DNA of 64,000 bases from the NCBI RefSeq assembly GCF_009914755.1, contig NC_060930.1; one strand, written 5' to 3'. This document shows, one piece after another, positions 54,813 through 64,000 of the stretch; the first letter of the stretch is position 1, and each line of letters starts with the position of its first letter. Position numbers and translations under genes: made by a program. This DNA is from the human T2T-CHM13v2.0 reference genome, Homo sapiens. A model generated the notes under the pieces. The model did no database searches. It saw only the letters and a list, made by a program, of their open reading frames with translations, and had not been told where the DNA came from.

Positions 54813-55042
54813 GCCAACACGGTGAAACCTCATCTCTACTAAAAATACAAAAATCGGCTGGATGTGGTGGCACATGCCTGTAGTCCCAGATACTCAGGGG
54901 GCTGAGGCAGGAGAATCGCTTGAACCTGGGAGGCGAAGGTTGCAGGGAGCAGAGATTGCACCACTGCACTCCAGCCTGGGCAACAAAGCGACGCTCCGTC
55001 TCAAGAAACAACAACAACAAAACAACAACAACAACAAAGAAC
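54813..55042 (+). mobile_element. 5'-truncated Alu with (CAA)n tail
   Basis: GCCAACACGGTGAAACC...CTCCGTCTCAAG followed by (AAC)n. Confidence 0.9.
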
Positions 55043-58000
55043 ATCTTCCCATTAGCACTGGAGCAGCCTCCTTGGAGCATAGAATGCGGTGCGGGCGGGC
55101 TCTGCACTATTCACCTTCCCCTGCACGCCCTTGTCTCCTGAGTGCCGTGGTGGGATCTTTGTGGCTTTGTTCCAAGTTGTGCCACTGATCGGCTGGGTGC
55201 CTGGGGCACCTCAGTTTTCATCATCTGTGAAGTGGGGGTGCAGCAGCACATGGCTCACAAAGCTGGGGTGGGCATCGCGTGAATTACACAGGTGGATGCG
55301 GACAGCAATGTGGGCCCCGGGTCCCAGCTTACTAAGGGGAGTCCCCTTGCAGCAGATGAGTCCTGAGGCCTTTCGTGCTTTTGTCCACTGGACAAGCCCT
55401 CCTCAGGGACCAAGGTGTGGCCCCGGGAGCAAGCCTGGCACCGAGGGGGCCCCTGCAGGGAGGGACAGCAGGCGTAGGGCCTTGAGGAGCTCCAGAGGAC
55501 GCCGCACGGCAGGCTTTAGGCAAATGCGTGGTGAATGAATTTGATGACAGCTCAGCATGTACTGAATGGATGTTGAGTGTGTTTGAAATCAAAGACCAAA
55601 CCACAACACTGGGGAGGAAGCGAGTGGATGGTGCCAGGGAGGGCAGGGCGTGGTGTGGAGGGAGAACGGCTGGGCCAGGCGAGGGGGACTCACAAACATG
55701 GGTTGTGCTGAGCTCTCAGAGCTGCTCTTGCTTTTCAGATGGCAACAGTGGTGGCATTTGCTTTTTTCTTCCTCCAGCCTTTAGGGGTTTGAAGTGATAG
55801 TTTAGGGGATTCATCAGGATGGCTGTAAACAAGCAGAGGGAGGCAGGGCACACCTCCAAGACATGCTCTCTGGCACTTCTGGTTTCCTGGGTTTTTAGCT
55901 TTGCTGTCATGCAGTGGAGTCTCTGGAACCAAAACAGGTAACAGGATTAAAGACTCTGCTTAGGGCCCTGGTTTGGGCCTTTCCAGAAACCATCATAGGA
56001 ACTGTTCAAGAAATGGTTACCAGGGAAATGCAGGCACAGTGGCACTCAGGCCCCTGGAAAAATGGGTTGATTGCAACAGAAATATCTTTCTCGAAGTGCA
56101 GCCCTGTTATAGTCAGAGGTTCGGGTAGGAAAAAGCAGGGGCACTGGTGAGTCAGAGGCACGGAAGATGGATCCCAGAGTGGAGGAGCCCCCAATGGGGC
56201 AGCTAGGGAATCTGGGAGGTGGGGGGACAGGGGGCGGTCACTCTGTCTCCGGCCCATGATGGGCTGTTTCTGTGAAGCTCTAGAGCCCATGACTCCAGGT
56301 CACCAGTGTCACAGGAAGCTTGGGGCCAGAGTGGGTCTCTGAGAGTCATGCTGAAAGCTAGATGTGGTCTTACTGTGTCCACTCCTCTAGGAGAAGACAC
56401 TGCAATTTCCAAATGAAGCAATGCTCATCCTATGTGCTGGTGATGTGAAAATACTGGGGTCACTGTGGGCTTTCAGGAAGTGCCTAGGTGGGGCTGGAGG
56501 CTGTGGTGAACAGAAGGGGCGGGGTGGCCGGGCAGGAGGACTGAGGGACAAAGCTAGGAGAGGGAACTGGGCAGCCAGCCTGGTGGGGATCTCAGAGCTG
56601 CCACCCTGCCCAGCGTGGCACAGCCATCTCTGCCCTGAGCTCGGCTGCTTCTCCTGAGTCCAGCTGTGACCTAGCAGGAAGCCCCTCGGCTTGTCTGCTA
56701 GGGGTCCTGGCTCAGTGCTGAGTCACACTTTTTATGGAAATATCAGGTGCCTGTCCCTCACACTTCTTGTTGCTTCCTCAGGCCCAGGACCTGCCCACCT
56801 ACCTGCATGCCCGCCTGGTGGACCTGTCCCTCCCCCAGCCCAACCTGGCTCCCTGGAAGGATGAGAAGCAGTAGGGGAGATGAGGCACAAGCTGGGGCAG
56901 CCCCTGCAGGGGAAGTTGAGGCAGGGATCATCTATTCACACGCAAAAGGGATGCTGTACGGGGTGCTGGGGTCCCACATAGAGAAGTTCTAGCTGCAGTG
57001 CTGGGCAGCCCTGGAGCAGCAGAACTCAGCAGTGCAAGGCGGCTGCTCAGAGCGGCCACGATAAGAAGGCGCAGGTCTGTCCCCTCCCCCGGCGCCTGCT
57101 GCTCCCTGCCTCTGCCTCCCTGTCCAGCTTCTGCTCATGCTTCAGGGTCGCTGATGTGGATCCAAACAGCCACACAGAGGAGTCTCTTCAGTGGGGGGTG
57201 CTGGGGGGTGTCACTGGGAATGTGGACTGCAGGTGAGCACACCCCACTAACCTCATTTAACCTATTTAGTGTCTTATGCAATTTAAGAAAAACCAAAAAC
57301 CAAACAACAACAGCAAAAAAACCCCACACCAACCCACAGTCTTTGAAAGGGTTGGGTTCCACCAGGAGACTCAGGCGTCTTAGTGGAAAGAATGATCTGG
57401 GCTCTGGCTGGGATGGCACAGGCAGCTGGGGGGCGGTGCCCGCCGCCGGGAGGCGTGGGCCTGACTCAGTGGAAGGAAGTGGTGTGTTTCCATTGCAGAG
57501 CTCAAAAACAAGGTGGTTTGAGGAACGCTTGTGTGTCACCGGCATTTCCCTGTTGTGTTTATGAAGTGAGGTGGGAATCAAGCTCTGGGGTTACTCTAAT
57601 TGTGTCTTTTACAAGAAACCAAGAAGCCCCCATGGAACACAGGCAGGGGCTGAGGCGGCCGGGAGGGGCTGGGGAAACCCAGGCGCAAGCGCGCTGGGCT
57701 GGGAGGACGGGGCCGGCCACCTCACCCGGCTCTCCAGCACCCCATTTTAAGGATGGGACCACCCTCTGCCAGCCTGCCTCTTCCCAGCGCATGTCCTGAC
57801 CTCCCCGAACTGCTTCCTTTTCTAGACGCTGTGTGGGTGCAAACAGCAGGTGCTCATGGATGGCACGGATGACAAACAGCAGGTGCTCATGGGTGGCACC
57901 GCATGTCCAGGCCAGGGAGAGGCTGCGGGGCTGGGAGGGCGGGGCTCATAAGATGGACGTGCACACAGCAGTCGGGTGAGCCTCCGGTGCCCCTGGAAGC

Positions 58001-58704
58001 CTGCTGACCACGCAGCGCGCAGCATTGCCCCTCCCTAGCTGAGGCCATGGGGGCGGGGGATGCGGGCTTTTACTGGCGTGGCAATTCTGTCTTCTGAGGT
58101 CACTCACAGTTTCCCCCTGGTGAGGCGAGCACTGTGCTGAGGAGCGTTCCACCATGCAGTACAGGAGAGCAGTGGTCTGCATGATGGATCCTGCACAATG
58201 AGAAAGCCAGGCAGCCTCCCGAAAGGAAGTGCCGGCGAGGGATCCAGATGCAAACAGCCCAGGCCGCAGGGCTGGTCCCTCTCTCCTCCACAGGAATTTC
58301 CAATGCAGGCCGCCCCACAGAGTAAGCATCCCTTGAAGTAATGTTTCAGGGGCTCATTTCTGTATTTAAGGGAGGGAGGGAGAACGAGCCAGAGGAAGGG
58401 CTGCACCGAGCGCCGCAGTGGAGAGGAAGCGGTGAGACCAACGTTCCACTCACCTGTCTGGGCTGCCATCGGACAGCAAAACAATGGGAGAAAAAATCCC
58501 CACGTTTTCACAAGGAGGTTTACTGGAAAATCATCTAATAAACAGGCTCGTAAGCACAAGCACAGCAATCTCGAAACCACCTTCTCATCATTCAGATGTT
58601 GCTTTCAGAATTGCCTCCTTCCTCCAGGCCACTGCCATGGAGGCCTGGCACTGAGTCCCCCCGGGAGGTCCTGTGGCTCCACTCGAGGCTGTGACATTAT
58701 AATC

Positions 58705-59485
58705 TGTTATGGGCTGACTGTGTCCCCCTCCAAACTCATATGTTGAAGTCCTAACCCCCATGCTATGGTTTGAAGATTTGTCCCCACAAAACTCATGTTG
58801 AAAAGTAATCCTCAGTGTGGAAGTCTTGAGAGGTGGAGCCTTTAATAGATGGTTTATGCATTAATGGGCTAATGGATTTAATGGTTTATCATGCTATTGG
58901 GACTGGTGGCTTTATAGGAAGAGGAAGAGAGACGTGAGCCGGCATGCTCAGCATCCTCACCATGTGATGCCCTGCGCTGCCAGGACTCTGCAGAATCCCC
59001 ACCAGCAAGAAGGCCCTCACCAGATGCAGCCCCACCCCGCGATCTTGGACTTCCCAGCCTCCATAACTTCAAGAAATAAATTCCTTTTCTTTATAGATTG
59101 CCCAGTTTCTGATATTCTGTTATAAGTGACAGAGAATGGATGAAGACGCTTCTTGTACCTCAAAGTGACTGCATTTAGAGACAGGGCCTTTAGAAAGAGA
59201 ATTGAGTTAAAATGAGGTCTTCAGGGTGAGCCCTAAACTAACATGAGTGGTGCTCCTTTAAGAAGAGGAGAGAGCGCAGACACACAGAGGGAGGCCCCCG
59301 CGAGGCTACAGGGAGAAGACACCATCTGCAAACCAAGGAGAGGTCTCCAGAGAAGCCAGCCCTGCCACACGTGGCTCAAAGCCGTCTGCCCTCCAGGACT
59401 GTGAGAGAACAAACGTGTGTTGCTGAAGCCCGGAGTGCACGCCCAGCGCGTGGTGCTCGTTAAGGCAATCAGAGCAAAGTGACCC
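58705..59485 (+). mobile_element. MLT1 LTR interrupted by a nested MST-type LTR (~58761-59148)
   Basis: Two successive MaLR 5' ends (TGTTATGGGCTGA at 58705, TGCTATGGTTTGAA at 58761); MLT1 sequence resumes near 59155. Confidence 0.75.
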
Positions 59486-60301
59486 AGCACCCTTCTAGAG
59501 AAATGGTTTCATATCGAAGCTTGGAAGTCACCGAGCCCCCTGATTTTATAACTGAGGAAATGGAGGCACCCCGTGTTGGGTCCCACAGCTCACCAGCTCA
59601 GCCAGTGTTCCCTGAGCCTGGCGCTGGCGGGCCCTGGGCACCGCGATGGGTGGGGGCCGGGCCTGTCCTCTCGGGCTGTTTGGCTCAGGAGTCACACAGG
59701 CCCTAAGCATGGGGATGTGGTTCCAGGCGCCGGCAGGTGCCACAGAGGAATCCAGTGGGTGTGTGAGGGCTTCTCACTGATCCCCAGAGGCAGGGAGGTG
59801 GCGGCTGGGACCCCAGGGAGCAAGGTGGAGCCCAGCAGAAGGGAGCACGAGGAATTTCCAAGTAAGGGACCACTGGCTCACCTGGAGGGAACGGCAGGAC
59901 CCAGAGCCCCAGGAGGCCGCTGCAGGCTCAGATGAGAACGGAGGGCTGCAGCCAGCACATTCTGGATGGAGTTTAAGGTAGAGTTAATGAAGCTGGTCAA
60001 TAGATTCGGTGTGGGGGCGAGAGGGAAAGACAAGAGGCAAGAAGGACCCCAAGAGTCCAGGGGAAGCTGAGGCTGGAGACGGGAAGCCTGGGCGTGGCCA
60101 GCGCGGACATGGCCCCAATCCCCTGGCCTGCCTGAGACCCTGTGATCGAGAACTGCTGCGATCCCAGGATGGGCCCTGGGGCACCCAAGGGATGAGTTAG
60201 GAGGTGAAAGGAACTCAGAGTCCAGGAAACCGGGAGGGGCTGCGTTTCGAGGAGCGAGGGCTCAGCTACTTATTTGCTGCTAAGATCTTGAGTGACATGG
60301 G

Positions 60302-61873
60302 TGAGAGGTGACAGCGTGCTCACAGCCCTCCCTCGCTCTTGGTAACTTCTCGGCCTCGGCGCCCATTCTGGCCACGCTTGAGGAGCCCTTCAGCCCACCG
60401 CTGCACCGTGGGAGCCCCTCTCTGGGCTGGCGGAGGCCGGTGCTGGCTCCCTCGGCTTGCAGGGAGGTGTGAAGGGAGACGCACGGGCGGGAACCGGGGC
60501 TACGCGCGGCGCTTGCAGGCTAGCTACAGTTCCGGGTGGGCGTGGGCTTGGCCGGCCCTGCACTCGGAGCGGCCGCGCGGCCGGCCCCAGGCAGTGAGGG
60601 GCTTACCACACGGGCCAGCAACTGCGGAGGGTGCGCCACGTCCCCCAGCAGTGCCGGCCCACCAGCGCTGCGCTCGATTTCTCGCCCGGGTTGCAGGGCA
60701 GGGCTCGGGACCTGCAACCCGCCATGCCTGAGTCTCCCCACTGCGCCCTGGGCTCCCGCGTGGCCTGAGCCTCCCCGACGAGCGCTGCCCCCTGCTCCAC
60801 GGCTCCCGGTCCCATCAACCACCCAAGGGCTGAGGAGTGCGGGCACACGGCGCAAGACTGTTAAGTAGCTCCACCTGCGGCCCCAGTGTGAGATCCACTG
60901 GGTGAAGCCACCTGGACTCCTGAGTCTAGGGGGGACTTGGAGAACGTTTATGTCTAGCTGAGGGATCGTGAATGCACCAATCGTCACTATGTATCTAGCT
61001 CAAGGTTTGTAAACACACCAATCAGCACCCTGTGTCCAGCTCAGGGTTTGTGAATGCACCAATGGGCACTCCGTATCTAGTTAATCTGGTGGGGACTTGG
61101 AGAATCTTTATGTCTAGCTAAGGGATTGTGAATGCACCAATCGGCACTCTGTATCTAGCTCAAGATTTGTAAATGCACCAATCAGCACTCTGTGTCTGGC
61201 TCAGGGTTTGTAAATACACCAATGGACACTCTGTATCTAGCTAATCTAGTGGGGACCTGGAGAACTTTTGTGTCTAGCTCTGGGATTGTAAGCACACCAA
61301 TCAGCACCCTGTCAAAACGGACCAATCAGCTCTCTGTAAAACAGACCAATCGGCTCTCTGTAAAATGGACCAATCAGCAGGATGTGGGTGGGGGGCCAGA
61401 TAAGAGAATAAAAGCGGGCTGCCCGGGCCAACAGTAGTAACGTACTCTGGTCTATTTCTATGTTGTGGAAACTTTGTTGTTGTTGTTTTTTTTTTTTTTT
61501 GCTTTTTACCAAAAATTTTATTGTTTAGTATTTGGGTCCATACTGCTTTTATGAGTTGTAATACTCACCCCAAAGGTTTGCAGCTTCGTATTTGAAGCTA
61601 GAGAGACCCCGAATGTATTGGGAGGAACAAACAACTCCAGGTGTGTTGCCTTAAGAACTCTAACACTCACCACGGAGGTTTGTAGCTTCACTCGTGAACC
61701 AGCGATACCATGAACCCCCCAGAAGGCAGAAACTGCTAACATATCTGCATATAGGAAGGAACAAACTGGGCGCGCTCCCGCACACGCCGCCTTTAAGAAG
61801 CTGCACCATTCTCTGCAAGGGTCCACTGCTTTATTCTGTGAGTAAGACTAAGAACCCAGTAATGGCGGACACG
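60302..61873 (+). mobile_element. Solo LTR12 (HERV9 LTR)
   Basis: Starts TGAGAGGTGACAGCGTGCT, carries CCAAT/GATA tandem repeats, has a TATA-like AATAAA at 61407-61412, ends CGGACACG. TSD TGGG at 60298-60301 and 61874-61877. Confidence 0.95.
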
Positions 61874-62659
61874 TGGGGATTCAGAGGAGCGCAGGACGGA
61901 TTCTGAATGCTGTTGCTCGGGAAGCTGAAGATGTGCACACAGGGCTTCTCCGCAGTAAGGGGCTTGGTCCCTGAACCATGCTCCGTTTCTTAACTGTTCC
62001 CAGGACCCAGCGTCTGTTCACCCCATGGGGCCACGCCATTCCAGGAGCCACAGGAAGCCAGCACTGCTAGGTTGACCTCAGTCCTTTAGCCAGGACACAG
62101 CTGTGGGCACTATGCGGTTGCCGCTGGGTTCAAGGTAGGACCTTCTTCACGTATAAAGGGAGAAAAAGTGAAGGAATGGTTCCTTTTTCCAACTACTGAT
62201 TTCTCCTCTGCTTGTGGTAGCTGTGTGGGGATAGTAAGGGGATCGTTTTAAGAAAAACCTACAAGGTGGGCATGGCAGTGTTCTGGGTCCCTGATGTCAC
62301 TGGGTCGCTTGTAATCAATCTCCAGCCTTCAGCCTGGGGCTGAAGTAATAAGAAATGCCACCGCTTCCCTGACATATCCATGTCTGAGGTTTTGATTTGC
62401 TTTTGGCAAACAGGCACAGAAGTTTTAAGTTCAGCCTAGGAAAGTCTCTGCTTGTTCCAGAGTGTTCCAGAGTCAGTTCCAGGTAGTAGTAGGGTAAACA
62501 GGCTTGGGGGTGTGCGGACGAGGCCAGGAGCCAAGATGTCATTCGGGGATGGCCAAGCTGTAGGCGCAAGGCAGCCCTGACTATGGGGCTGGAGTGCGTC
62601 CGTGATGAGGTGGTGTGCCTGGCAACTTGCAGGTGCTTTTGGGAGGACCTGGGGCAAAT

Positions 62660-62780
62660 TCTTTAGTTCTTCCATGGCTGTTTCCACAAATGTGAAATGG
62701 CGATAATAGAGCCCACCTCAGATTAAATAGATTCCCATGTGTAAGGCAGTCATGGTGCTGGGTGTTAAATGTGCTACATT
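62660..62780 (-). mobile_element. MIR fragment
   Basis: TGTTTCCACAAATGTGAAATGGCGATAATAGAGCCCACCTCA. Confidence 0.55.
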
Positions 62781-64000
62781 ATAACTGACCTGTGGCCATT
62801 TCTTTTTTTTCTTGAAAGAAATTAAAAATAGCTATAATTTAATGAACACATGAATGGTTGGGCATTACACAATATGCTGGATAAATGTTGCTTAAATTCA
62901 CCAGCTTGGTCTCACTTTCTGAGGCTTCCTACCATTTTTGAACTATCCCAAATGCCTTTGTCCTGAGCCAGTTTCCCCAGAGACTCGAAGCATCTGACAC
63001 TAAAAGTCATGTAGCTCAGCTTCAATGAATGCACAAATGCGCCAGCCAGCATCCCAGGAGATGACTGCTACAGCCAGGGCTGAACACCTAGTGGGCCTCC
63101 CACCCTGGAATGGGAAGGGCCAGGGGAAAGGACTCTGAGAACACAGGGGGCTACTGCGTTACGAAGCAAAACCTTTAGTGGAAGGGATGGCAGTGCTACC
63201 AGTGGAACTGAGCAGTGTGTCTGCTCCAGCATGGAGTGCCCCCCTCCCCTCTTTGGGTGCACCTGCGTGTGTCCTCCTTGTCTCTCCATGTGGTTGACCT
63301 GGGGAGAAGAACCTACAGCTGCTCTCGGCACGACTCCAGGGGAGCTGGGAGACAGACACACAAGCTCACTCAAGGAAACAGCAGGAAGCCATAGCCTGCT
63401 ACGGTGAAAGTCCATGTGGGGTCCTGGCCAGATCCCAGGGACCTGGGGATGTTGGCAAGGCAAGGGTGCCTTTTTCTGAGCAGTGCTTTTGGTGAACTTA
63501 GCATCCTCATCACCTGGGTCCCTTGTCAGTTACAATTAACGTGTGCGATCTGGATTTCCAATAACTCCCAGCATTTCTGCAGTCGTTACTGGTCTGCTAA
63601 GAAATCTCTGAGGACTCTCTGTGGCTCACTGAATTAAATGCAGCTTTTGATGGGATTTTGGAACTGGTGATACAGCTGCCTCTGGCAAGGATCAGACACA
63701 CGGCCAGCTGCCCTTTGCACACAGAGCCCTGAGCCACGGTCTGCGTGTGAGCCTGACTCGTTTCTGGCACAGACTCACCCTGTGATGCTCCGGGGGCCAG
63801 CTGGGAATGCCGCTGCTGCCTCTTTCAGGAGGCCAGCCCCCAGCGCTGCCTCCACGGGCCAGTAGGGCAGGGAGGCTGATGAGTGCCCATTCTTGCTTCT
63901 CAAGCTCTTAAGGCAACAATTCCATTACCATCGCTAGTTCTCGCTCCAGCACAGGGAGGACGGAATGGCTCTGCCTGTCATCAGATGAGGGGAGTCCACT

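Overview
Human genomic DNA from distal chromosome 6p25.3, containing the complete IRF4 gene on the + strand and about 42 kb of downstream intergenic sequence. IRF4 has a CpG-island/TATA promoter, a non-coding exon 1 (~2136-2193) and eight coding exons (ATG 3537 to TGA 17930; 1356 nt, 451 aa). A ~3.8 kb 3'UTR ends near 21770. Intron 4 holds the known pigmentation enhancer (C allele at 6705, the rs12203592 context) and a 10 x 52-bp tandem repeat whose last unit forms the exon 5 splice acceptor. Downstream lie a decayed two-LTR ERV1 provirus (MER34-like) with a nested MST element, a 32-bp and a 38-bp GC-rich minisatellite, three solo LTR12 (ERV9) elements, a (CCCAT)n array and many Alu/L1/MIR/MaLR fragments. 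Consensus ETS-IRF (EICE) and AP-1-IRF (AICE) motifs lie between the first two LTR12s. I find no credible second protein-coding gene; the long ORFs in the track come from GC-rich DNA or repeats. This is a well-studied locus, so the novel points are regulatory hypotheses rather than a new gene system: a splice acceptor built from a VNTR, an LTR12 promoter aimed into a CpG/G4 VNTR, and candidate IRF4 autoregulatory enhancers.
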